Shown: positions 1-7,679 of the stretch, in pieces | Layout: each line of letters opens with the position of its first letter | Numbering within the stretch: the first letter of the stretch is position 1 | IMG/VR virus record: IMGVR_UViG_3300010398_000009 | Location: 1-37,895 of that record | Origin: a virus | Lineage: Duplodnaviria > Caudoviricetes | Direction: 5' to 3' (one strand) | Length of the DNA stretch: 37,895 nucleotides | The notes under the pieces: generated by a model | The model's input: only the letters and a program-made list of their open reading frames with translations | Database searches by the model: none | What the model was told of the DNA's origin: nothing | Made by a program: the position numbers and the translations under genes

Positions 1-123
1 ACGTCTGCGCGGAATCCGGGTTCGTCCTTCGTCGCCGCGCTCGCGTGTCCGTTGGTCGCCGCTCCCGCGATGCCGTGGCTCAGTTCGTATTTCTTGTCCT
101 CTTGCCAGCGCTTTCGGACATGC
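1..123. repeat. Terminal direct repeat, copy 1 (circular assembly overlap)
   Basis: Bases 1-123 are identical to 37773-37895, and the integrase ORF is continuous across the junction. Confidence 0.95.
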
Positions 124-245
124 GCTGGCGTGTTTGCGTCGAAGGATCGTCCTCCGCCCGGAGGAATTTTCCCGTTGACGACGACGAAGGTCCGGATCTT
201 GTCGCCGGACCAGCGTTCGTTAGTGCCGAGTGTCGGTTTACTCAT
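1..245 (-). CDS. int: Tyrosine recombinase/integrase, N-terminal part (continues across the circular junction at 37772 to 36893)
   Basis: ATG at 245 overlaps the stop of the upstream HTH gene. The frame MSKPTLGTNERW...GFRADV/ERYIRTVG... stays open into the 229-aa ORF: 245+880=1125 nt, 374 aa. Confidence 0.85.
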   Translation of the reverse strand, partial: MSKPTLGTNERWSGDKIRTFVVVNGKIPPGGGRSFDANTPAHVRKRWQEDKKYELSHGIAGAATNGHASAATKDEPGFRAD

Positions 246-450
246 GGTCGGTTGATGCCTCTGTCTGGTTGGTCGGTTGTGTCGTCTTCGTCGTGAAAAG
301 TTCGAAGAACGCCGGATGCATCCGGCGTTCTCCCAGTTCCCAGCCTTGCCATGTTCGCAAGGTCGAATAAATCAGACGCGCGGCTGCGGTTTGCGTCAGT
401 CCCGCGCACTCGCGAGCGCGGCGGATGTCCTTCGGCGTTGGCGTCGTCAT
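238..450 (-). CDS. Small Xre/Cro-type HTH transcriptional regulator (70 aa)
   Basis: MTTPTPKDIRRARECAGLTQTAAARLIYSTLRTWQGWELGERRMHP is a classic HTH_3 pattern. The gene is translationally coupled to the integrase. Confidence 0.85.
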   Translation of the reverse strand: MTTPTPKDIRRARECAGLTQTAAARLIYSTLRTWQGWELGERRMHPAFFELFTTKTTQPTNQTEASTDHE

Positions 451-656
451 GGTCACTTCGCTCCGCGCGCGGCGACGCGCTGTCGCTCGCGCGGCCAGTA
501 CGCCGCGCGGCACTGGTCGCAACCTCCGCCCATCGGGTAATGGTTATATGGACCGCACGCGGTGGACGCTCGAACGCTGGAATGGGTCCGAGTGGCACAC
601 GCTGGTGCTGCCCCATGACGCGAGCCCGTCGTGGGTGCAAGGCTGGGCGGATCAGA

Positions 657-899
657 TCACGGGACGGGTCGAGGACTGAGATGGGCTGGACGCTGGGCCG
701 GGCGGACGTCCGCCACCAACCCCTGCGCCTCGGCCAGCTCGATTAGGCGAGCGCGGATGACTGACGCGAAGAGCCCTGTCGTCATCGCCTCTGGACGCAT
801 ATCCTCCTCAGATAAGCGCGCCAACATCTTGCGGACACAGTTCCCTGCATCTCCCAAGTTCTCGTCACTCAGCACCCGCGCCAAGTCCGCCTTCGTCAT
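657..899 (-). CDS. Hypothetical protein (80 aa)
   Basis: ATGA overlap with the upstream gene and a GGAGG RBS. Confidence 0.6.
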   Translation of the reverse strand: MTKADLARVLSDENLGDAGNCVRKMLARLSEEDMRPEAMTTGLFASVIRARLIELAEAQGLVADVRPAQRPAHLSPRPVP

Positions 900-1333
900 C
901 TCACGCCTCCCGGTCGTCCCGGACGTTGCTTGCTATTCATCCAGTCGCCGTCTCCGACTAGTCGCGTCTGAAAGCCAAACGGCAACTTGTAATTGCGGAA
1001 GACGAACAGATGGTATTGATTCGCGGTGTCGACGAGTTTGGACTCAGCTGGGTAGATCTCCACGGCGTCATACTCGACGCCGCAAAGTTCGTTCTTGATG
1101 CGCTGGAGATCTCTCCAGTCGTGATGCGGTTGCCGGTCGTGCGTCTTGATCGACAGATGCGCCGTGAGTCCGAATGGTTCGGACTCACGGCGATAGTAGA
1201 TCACGACCTGATAGCGCGAATTCAGGAAGACGGCAGACGGCGGATCAACCGCGTTCATCGCGTCGGCTGGCAGTGCTGCGCTCTTAAACGGGGTCCAGGG
1301 AATCCGCTCCCACTTCGTTTTCTTGCGCTTCAC
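896..1333 (-). CDS. Conserved phage protein (DUF7694-like)
   Basis: Motif HLSIK...WRDLQRIKNELCG.E.DAVEIYPAESKLVDTANQYHLF, recognised from a widespread small phage family. Confidence 0.75.
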   Translation of the reverse strand: MKRKKTKWERIPWTPFKSAALPADAMNAVDPPSAVFLNSRYQVVIYYRRESEPFGLTAHLSIKTHDRQPHHDWRDLQRIKNELCGVEYDAVEIYPAESKLVDTANQYHLFVFRNYKLPFGFQTRLVGDGDWMNSKQRPGRPGGVR

Positions 1334-1806
1334 TGGGCATCCGCCTTTCTGCGCGCCTTGCGGGTCTTCCGGCTGCGACGCTTACGCGTCTTGCGGCGCT
1401 TCGGAGCGTCTTGGTTCTCCAGTTGTTCCTTGCGCGCTTCGCGTGCTTTGGCGAGCGCTTCGGGATTGCCGAGAGATTCGCCGCGCGCGAGACGGTCTTC
1501 GACGACGCGCTGGGCGGCGTTGCGGCGAACGCGGGCGATGAGTGTCGCCCGCTGGCGATCAATCGTCTGGACGATGCGCGCGGGAATCACGATCCGCGCG
1601 AGGTATTCTCCGCCGCTGGGATGCGGGAGTTCCGTCTGTAGCAGGATCGTGTCGGCTCCGCTTTCGCGGACTACCTGGACGATGTAGACGGCCGTTCCGC
1701 CGACGTTCAGGATGTTTGCGGTGTCTCGGACGATCTGCGGCTCCGTCAGCATGTTTGCGGTTGCGAGCAGACGATCAAAACGGTCGGGCATCAATGTTTC
1801 GTTCAT
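1330..1806 (-). CDS. Hypothetical protein with basic C-terminal tail (158 aa), first gene of the leftward operon that ends in the integrase
   Basis: GGAG RBS, coupled overlap with the next gene, and a K/R-rich tail. Confidence 0.7.
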   Translation of the reverse strand: MNETLMPDRFDRLLATANMLTEPQIVRDTANILNVGGTAVYIVQVVRESGADTILLQTELPHPSGGEYLARIVIPARIVQTIDRQRATLIARVRRNAAQRVVEDRLARGESLGNPEALAKAREARKEQLENQDAPKRRKTRKRRSRKTRKARRKADAQ

Positions 1807-1854
1807 GGTCGGTTGTCTCTCCGTTCAGTCAAAGTCAAAACAAGTCGAGTCACT

Positions 1855-1883
1855 AGTATGTTAGATGAGCGTAAAGTTTGCAA
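1855..1883 (-). promoter_or_regulatory. Sigma70-like promoter for the leftward (integrase) operon
   Basis: Minus strand TTGCAA-N17-CATACT. The -35 box overlaps a TTGCAAGTTT repeat. Confidence 0.5.
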
Positions 1884-2176
1884 GTTTTTTGCAAGTTTTA
1901 GTTCCACTTTGATGGACTTCGTTCGACGTGGAGCCGGTTGGGAGCGGATCGAGTTTTAACGAAAAGCCTAGCGTTTTTACTCGAAAAACGGCGGAAAAGC
2001 GCGGAATCTGGTTGACGCCGGAACGTGCTTGATTAAATCTCGCTGAGCATGTCCAGGTTGGCCGCTTTCCTTAATGTTTCTCGCGATTCCTGAGATTTTT
2101 GCAAGTTTTTTGCAAGTTTCGTCGCTCTGCGCAGCCAAGTAAGTCCAACAACGTCCAACAACGTCGAACTAACGAC
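1877..2176. other. attP-like noncoding region with arm-type repeats
   Basis: TTTGCAAGTTTTTTGCAAGTTT occurs in direct orientation at about 1877-1898 and 2098-2119. 10-bp-periodic GTC(C/G)AAC repeats lie at about 2143-2169. The region is AT-richer and sits between divergent operons. Confidence 0.5.
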
Positions 2177-2282
2177 TTTAAGCGAAAACGCTCGACTTTT
2201 TGCGGAAATCGTTAGATTTCTGTCACTGAACGGCGTTAGAATCCGCGTGCCTCTGTCGGTTCTCTGACGCTGGAAAGCCTGT

Positions 2283-3572
2283 ATGCAAATGCGTCCGGAT
2301 GGCGTCGTGGTCGCCGGTCATGGCGGACCAGGAGTCTTCGTCGACGGTCGCCAGATCGTCCCTCCGACTGCCGGGAACGACCCGTCCTGGATCGCCGCTG
2401 GACGCGTCCTCTGCAACGACGAGCACTCCCAACTATCGACGCTCGACGCGGACGGTTCTAATCGCGTCCTGGTCGATCCGCGTGGCGCTTCTCGCGTCGC
2501 GACGGATCCGGATGCGCCAGACGCGACGTTCTGGGCGGCGTTCCTGCAGGACGGTAAGACCGGCATCTATTCCAGCTGGGGTCTGTCGGTTCCGGCTGGC
2601 GAACTCTACGCGATGCGCGCGGGAGCGCTGTTTGGGCGTCAAAACTTTCAGAGTCCGGGCGGATTGTGCGCGTGGATTGTTGGCGATCCTGATCCGTCGC
2701 GGCTGCTCTGGGATGAACCGTCCGCCGTCGTCGTCGAGTTCTCCGCCTTGTCCGCTCAGGAAGTTCTCTGGACCGACAACGCGCGGCAGCTTCGCACGCA
2801 TGGCCTTCCAGCGCCACAGCAGACGGCTCCGAGTTTCGGTCCGCGCGTCTTCCGCGTGCGGAACGCGCTCTATCTGCTGGAATGGCGTGACAGTCTCGGA
2901 CTGGTCTTGCGTCCCTGGATGGATGCGTCGCACGGCTGGATCGTCGATCCGGGCGAAGCGTTCGGACCGTGCGGACGCGTCGACGATGCGCGCGTCCTGC
3001 TCGCATGGTCTCCAAACATTGCGGAACAAGGACCCGTCAAGCGCGGCGTCGTCGACACGACGTCGAAGATGTCGGAACTCGTTCCGGTTCCGGAACCCAT
3101 TCCGCCCGATCCCGTTCCGCCCGATCCGGAACCGCCACAGCCAGAACCTCCGGATCCAACGCCGCCCGATCCGGAGCCGATTCCTCCGCAACCTGAACCG
3201 CCGCAACCGGGAGGACGCGTCGTGGAAATTTCTTTGTCATCGGTTCAAGCGTTCGACAGTCCGGAGACCGTTACCGAAGTTCCGCATCCAGACGGTCAAG
3301 GACTGGTCGCCTTGCAGACTGCCGCTGGACTCTTTAAGTCCATGGCTCCAGGTGGAATCTGGGACGACGACAAGCCATCCGCGGGAGCATGGGAACGTTT
3401 CCTCCCGTATGGCGGCGTCTATCTGCACTATGACGGCGACACGCAGACGACTTACAGCGTCGCGCTGATCAGCGTCGTGATCCCGTATTCGCAGTCGACG
3501 CAGACGCAGACCGCGCATGTCACGCACGCGGGACCGAAGGTCCGCGCGCACAAAGCGAGCGCGGCGCGATGA
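2283..3572 (+). CDS. Multidomain protein: beta-rich N-domain, Pro/Glu/Asp linker, fascin/beta-trefoil-like C-terminal repeat
   Basis: 429-aa ORF with a PEPIPPDPVPPDPEPPQPEPP linker. VALQTAAGLFKSMAPGG...AGAWERF resembles a fascin repeat. Confidence 0.7.
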   Translation: MQMRPDGVVVAGHGGPGVFVDGRQIVPPTAGNDPSWIAAGRVLCNDEHSQLSTLDADGSNRVLVDPRGASRVATDPDAPDATFWAAFLQDGKTGIYSSWGLSVPAGELYAMRAGALFGRQNFQSPGGLCAWIVGDPDPSRLLWDEPSAVVVEFSALSAQEVLWTDNARQLRTHGLPAPQQTAPSFGPRVFRVRNALYLLEWRDSLGLVLRPWMDASHGWIVDPGEAFGPCGRVDDARVLLAWSPNIAEQGPVKRGVVDTTSKMSELVPVPEPIPPDPVPPDPEPPQPEPPDPTPPDPEPIPPQPEPPQPGGRVVEISLSSVQAFDSPETVTEVPHPDGQGLVALQTAAGLFKSMAPGGIWDDDKPSAGAWERFLPYGGVYLHYDGDTQTTYSVALISVVIPYSQSTQTQTAHVTHAGPKVRAHKASAAR

Positions 3573-4780
3573 CGCGACTAGTCCAAGCGGCTGCGCGCAG
3601 TAACTTTTGGTTCGGCGGACACAAGAAGCCGCTACCGCCGACGTCGTATCCGGTCTGGCCGCAACCAGCGCGCAGTCCGCTACCGTCGATTCCGTCTGCT
3701 GATATTCCGGACTGGAGTCGGCATCCCAGCGGCACGCCGGGGGTCTGGGTTCAGGCTGGCCACACGTACGACAACGTCTGGCCGCAACTACCGCCGACAC
3801 AACCAGAACTCAAATGGCTGCGTGGCGATTACTTCGGCGTGAGAGTCCCAGGGATTCCGCTTCTCCCGAACATGGCCGGATACACGGTGTCCTCGCCGCC
3901 ATGGAATCAGAATCGCGAACCCTATTGTCCGCCGATTATGGCCATGGACGTCATCCGGTATTACAAAGCCGGAATGCTGGACGTCGTCGACGAGATCATG
4001 AACGCGCACATTGCCAGAAGTTATACCCATTTCCAGTTGTCCATCGGCCATTGCAATTCGTTCGGTCTGACCATTGATCAGACCGTTGAACTCGCGATCC
4101 GCTTGCGTCTGAAGATGCGGTATCTCGATTGCTGGTTCCTCGGAGGGAACTGGGGGAAATACTGGGACGACGGATCGCAGCACGAAGAAATGCGCGATAG
4201 AGATCGCGACTACTGGTCTCCGATCTTGTTGCCCTGGATTCAAGCACTCCGGAGCAATGGCGTGATGTCGATGGCCTGTAAAGGCTGGCAAGTCGACAAC
4301 TGCAATACGCAGAGTCCGCGCAGCAATAGCAAGTATCCGAATCCCTGGTTGTCGATTACGCAGTTCTTCGCGGAAGAAATTACCGCGCATAACATTCCGC
4401 TTGGCTGTCACTACATTAACGAAGCCGGAATGGTCTTGACGGACGACGGCAGTATCAGTCGGCAGCAAGCATGGAAGATGAAGCGCGGCATGGTGTCACA
4501 CTGGCATCATCAAGGCGACGTCTATTGTCCCGTCGACGAATACCAAGCACGTCTCGTCGATTCGCTGAAAATGTTTGGGGATGGCAGTTGTGGCCAGTAT
4601 GCGGATGGCCAGCCGTTTCAGTTAGTCGTCTGCGAACACAGCGCACAGTCGCAGTTTGATCTCTGGTGCCATGAAAACGAAGCCACGGTCAAAGGTCTCC
4701 GGCTCACGCAAACCCACGCCGCGACGACGAGTCCCGGCTATAGCGGCAGCGCCAGCCAAGTCGACGGTACGGCTGCGTAA
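3569..4780 (+). CDS. Hypothetical alpha/beta enzyme-like protein, possibly glycoside hydrolase-like (403 aa)
   Basis: Long coupled ORF, rich in Trp and other aromatics, with a Pro-rich N-terminus. The fold call is inference only. Confidence 0.65.
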   Translation: MTRLVQAAARSNFWFGGHKKPLPPTSYPVWPQPARSPLPSIPSADIPDWSRHPSGTPGVWVQAGHTYDNVWPQLPPTQPELKWLRGDYFGVRVPGIPLLPNMAGYTVSSPPWNQNREPYCPPIMAMDVIRYYKAGMLDVVDEIMNAHIARSYTHFQLSIGHCNSFGLTIDQTVELAIRLRLKMRYLDCWFLGGNWGKYWDDGSQHEEMRDRDRDYWSPILLPWIQALRSNGVMSMACKGWQVDNCNTQSPRSNSKYPNPWLSITQFFAEEITAHNIPLGCHYINEAGMVLTDDGSISRQQAWKMKRGMVSHWHHQGDVYCPVDEYQARLVDSLKMFGDGSCGQYADGQPFQLVVCEHSAQSQFDLWCHENEATVKGLRLTQTHAATTSPGYSGSASQVDGTAA

Positions 4781-4805
4781 GCTGCAGTCTGCAGGAGCGC
4801 GCGCG

Positions 4806-5000
4806 ATGGAACAGGAACGACGCGAACATCAGCGGCGCGACTTTGGCGGCACCTCCGCTGTCGTCGTGCCCTCGCTGAAGGAACTGCGCGAGCGCGCGAC
4901 GAAGGACTTCGGCGCGACGGCTGCGGCCAAGTTGGACGATGTCTCGATTCGGGCGTATTTCCAGACGCGCGAATGGCAACGGCTCCAGGAGCGCAAGTGA
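4806..5000 (+). CDS. Hypothetical protein (64 aa)
   Basis: AGGAG RBS upstream of ATG 4806. Confidence 0.55.
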   Translation: MEQERREHQRRDFGGTSAVVVPSLKELRERATKDFGATAAAKLDDVSIRAYFQTREWQRLQERK

Positions 5001-5715
5001 ATCCGTGTGGGTCTTCCGATGGATCTTCCGGCGCAAGCGACGCTGGTATGTCGTCGTCGCGCTGGTCGTGCTCGGACTGGCCCTGCTATATCTCAAATGG
5101 GCGGCGACGATGAGGGTTCACGCCAACGATCCGGCGATTGAAAACTACTCCGACAGCGACTGGAGTCACACGGGCCGGAGCGCGCTGGAGATTCCGACGC
5201 TGACCGAGATTCGCGAACTGTTTCGCGAGGAACGGCTGCGCACGGGTCTGCAGATTCTGTCGCCCGACGTTGGCGCGCGCAGTCTCGGCGCCTTCGTCCA
5301 TCAGCCGAACTTCGACGGACGCTTGTCCAAGCGGCGATTGTCGCCAGCCGAACAAGTCCGCGCGGACCAGCAAGCGGAACGTAATCGCTGTCTGGCACAA
5401 CAGCGACGCCGCGACCGTGAACAGACCGCACGGCTGGCCCGTCAACGCCAGAGCACGCCGCCCAAACCGCCCATCGTCGATCTGGCGGTGCAACTGCTAT
5501 CGAACGTCGAACTGCGGCAGATGCGACGCGTCCTGCTCTGGCTGGCCGCTCCCGGCGTGACGTTGACGGAGAGCGAAGAGCGGCTGAAGAACGAATGGTT
5601 CCATCCGTGTCTGCGCGAATGCGCCAGACGCCAGATTTCCGAGAGTTTCGACGCGAAGAGCGACCAGACGAACGAACCGCCATGGCATCCCGACGCGCTT
5701 TCCTCCGGCTGCTGA
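4939..5715 (+). CDS. Hypothetical protein with N-terminal transmembrane segment (start uncertain, probably near 5005)
   Basis: RRKRRWYVVVALVVLGLALLYLKW is a TM helix followed by a soluble helical region. Confidence 0.55.
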   Translation: MSRFGRISRRANGNGSRSASESVWVFRWIFRRKRRWYVVVALVVLGLALLYLKWAATMRVHANDPAIENYSDSDWSHTGRSALEIPTLTEIRELFREERLRTGLQILSPDVGARSLGAFVHQPNFDGRLSKRRLSPAEQVRADQQAERNRCLAQQRRRDREQTARLARQRQSTPPKPPIVDLAVQLLSNVELRQMRRVLLWLAAPGVTLTESEERLKNEWFHPCLRECARRQISESFDAKSDQTNEPPWHPDALSSGC

Positions 5716-5936
5716 CGCTCACAGCCGCGTCGTCGGTCCTGGACCTGGATCGGCTCCTCTGGGTTTCAGGACGAACTACGTACTTTGACATCCAACAAGC
5801 GTCAACAACGCCGTATCTGATTCACAGTCCAACGCTGTCAGAAATCCTCGCGACCGTCTGGCAAGACGTCATCAAGACGCATCCGCTCGACAACGTCTTC
5901 CACAGCAAGGCACTGCTCTACTCGCTTGAAGTGTAG
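5682..5936 (+). CDS. Small protein: twin-arginine-like N-terminus plus major-capsid N-arm homology segment (84 aa)
   Basis: Starts MASRRAFLRLL. Its C-terminal PTLSEILATVWQDVIKTHPLDNVFHSKALLYSL aligns with MCP PNLGQVVATVWEAVIGDKPTDAVFNARALLFAL. Confidence 0.75.
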   Translation: MASRRAFLRLLTLTAASSVLDLDRLLWVSGRTTYFDIQQASTTPYLIHSPTLSEILATVWQDVIKTHPLDNVFHSKALLYSLEV

Positions 5937-6045
5937 AAAAAGATTGCAATGGCGATAGGAGCGTCGATCTCTGGTCCCAGCCGTCTTACTACCCGCGACG
6001 CGCGTTCGTCGCGCTGAGACCGTTTAATCGCCTTGTGACGTGCTC

Positions 6046-6420
6046 ATGCGAACAACTGACACACTGATCAACGTCGCGCACTTGCCAGATGCTCCCATCT
6101 GGCCAGCCATCGTCCCATATCTACGGGTCGAACTCCCCAAACGTCCGGCCCCACACCGAATCGAAGTCGCCTTACCGGAAGACAGGTCTAGCAACGCTTA
6201 CCGACAACTAACCACGCTGATCGTCGGCTGCGCGCGCTGTCATCGTCCCATCCATCCAGTCCGCCAACGTAAAGGCTGGCAAACGTCCTGCCTCTCCGTC
6301 AGTTGCGACCTAGACACCAACATCAGTTGTTCGCGCTCCGCTCAGGCGACCAGAGCGGTTAATCGACTCATCAAAGCGATCCAACAGTGGCACAAGGCAC
6401 AAAACCCAACGCTCCTATAG
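6046..6420 (+). CDS. Hypothetical Cys-containing (possible Zn-binding) protein
   Basis: CARC...C...C...C pattern in a roughly 124-aa ORF. Confidence 0.6.
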   Translation: MRTTDTLINVAHLPDAPIWPAIVPYLRVELPKRPAPHRIEVALPEDRSSNAYRQLTTLIVGCARCHRPIHPVRQRKGWQTSCLSVSCDLDTNISCSRSAQATRAVNRLIKAIQQWHKAQNPTLL

Positions 6421-6431
6421 TAGAAACCGGC

Positions 6432-7064
6432 ATGCGCGTCCTGGTCGGCTGCGAATCGTCCGGCATCGTCCGCCAAGCGTTCCGCCACGCCGGACACGAC
6501 GCATATTCCTGTGACCTGGTCCCAGCCGCCGATAACCAGACGTTCCACTTGCGCTGCGATGTCCGCGACGCCATCCGCCGCGACTCTTGGGACTTGCTGA
6601 TCGCGCATCCGCCCTGCACCTATCTGTGCCGCTCGTCCGTCTGGGCGTTGCACCGCACGTCGGCAAACCCGACTCCCGGCATCCTCTACAGCGACGCCAG
6701 ATGGTCCGCCATGCGCGACGCGGCGACATTCTTCCGCGACCTTCTGGACGCTCCAATCCCGCGAATCGCTGTCGAAAACCCCGTCCCGCACGGCTACGCA
6801 CGCACACTCATCGGTCCCTACCAGCAACTGATTCAGCCCTACCAGTTCGGAGACGACGCCAGTAAAGCGACGTGCCTTTGGCTCAAAGGACTACCGCCGC
6901 TCATCTCGACACGTCTGGCCTTCCCACGACTGGTCAACGGACAACCGCGCTGGCAGAACCAAACCGACTCCGGCCAGAACAAACTTGGCCCATCAAACCG
7001 TTCCGCCAGACGCTCCCAAACATTTCCCGGCATCGCGGATGCGATGGCCCAACAATGGTCCTAA
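6432..7064 (+). CDS. Phage DNA cytosine methyltransferase-like protein
   Basis: MRVLVGCESSG (motif I variant), DLLIAHPPC (catalytic PC, motif IV) and AVENP (motif VI). Confidence 0.85.
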   Translation: MRVLVGCESSGIVRQAFRHAGHDAYSCDLVPAADNQTFHLRCDVRDAIRRDSWDLLIAHPPCTYLCRSSVWALHRTSANPTPGILYSDARWSAMRDAATFFRDLLDAPIPRIAVENPVPHGYARTLIGPYQQLIQPYQFGDDASKATCLWLKGLPPLISTRLAFPRLVNGQPRWQNQTDSGQNKLGPSNRSARRSQTFPGIADAMAQQWS

Positions 7065-7225
7065 CTTAAGCGCGCGAGCCGCCGATGAAGCCGACAGATC
7101 GCACAGCCGCCCCAAACGGTCCGAAATGTCAGCACTCCCGCGCTCCACAAACCTCCAGAACGCTCCAAGACACACGAACGCGCGTCTAATCGCGTCCTGT
7201 CAGCTAAACATTAAAAGATAGAGAA

Positions 7226-7603
7226 ATGCCGAGACAAAACAACGAACAATTGGCTTCGCCTTCAGTAGGTCCGACAGAGGAACCGTCAAAGCCATTCAGG
7301 ACGAAAAACCGTCTGGGAGTTCCAGGTCGCATCAGTAGCGAAGCGCGCGCTATGGCTCGTAAATTCATCAGTTCTGCGAAGTATCGCAAGTCGTTGAAAC
7401 AGCGCATCTTAGACGGACACGCGCAGCAGCTAGAGATCGTTCTGTGGCATTACGCGTATGGCAAACCGCGCGAACAGGACGCGACGCCAGCCGCGCTTAT
7501 TCAAATCAATATGCCTGGAGTCGACGGCCGTTCTGGGCCGTTGCCGGAAGTGCTGATGCTACCGAAAGAGGCGAAAGTCTTAGAGGACGACGAAGACGCG
7601 TAA
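7226..7603 (+). CDS. terS: Putative terminase small subunit (DUF5681-like)
   Basis: F..KNRLGVPG...EARAMAR...LWHYAYGKP pattern typical of terS-like proteins, followed by an AT-rich noncoding region. Confidence 0.55.
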   Translation: MPRQNNEQLASPSVGPTEEPSKPFRTKNRLGVPGRISSEARAMARKFISSAKYRKSLKQRILDGHAQQLEIVLWHYAYGKPREQDATPAALIQINMPGVDGRSGPLPEVLMLPKEAKVLEDDEDA

Positions 7604-7623
7604 AATCCTTAGGAAAAACGTCA

Positions 7624-7651
7624 ATGTCCGATAATGTATATTATGTCGCTT
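7624..7651 (+). other. dif: dif-like XerC/XerD recombination site
   Basis: ATGTCCGATAA-TGTATA-TTATGTCGCTT versus E. coli dif GGTGCGCATAA-TGTATA-TTATGTTAAAT. The 16-bp core ATAATGTATATTATGT is identical. Confidence 0.75.
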
Positions 7652-7666
7652 TGGCATTGCCTTTAG

Positions 7667-7679
7667 AATCAATAACTTA
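7667..7679 (+). promoter_or_regulatory. IHF binding site
   Basis: AATCAATAACTTA matches the consensus WATCAANNNNTTR exactly. Confidence 0.5.

Noticed and set aside
1-123. Terminal repeat as biological T7-like direct terminal repeats
   Set aside because: It falls in the middle of the integrase CDS and is best explained as assembler overlap of a circular contig.
548-679. Plus-strand Trp-rich ORF MDRTRWTLERWNGSEWHTL... in the gap of the leftward operon
   Set aside because: Antisense to the surrounding operon, no clear RBS, and overlaps the end of 657-899. It cannot be supported without homologs.
2008-2070. Possible tRNA 3' fragment as att core (minus strand ends ...CAACCA)
   Set aside because: No GTTCRANTC T-loop or cloverleaf. 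No tRNA gene was seen anywhere in the window.
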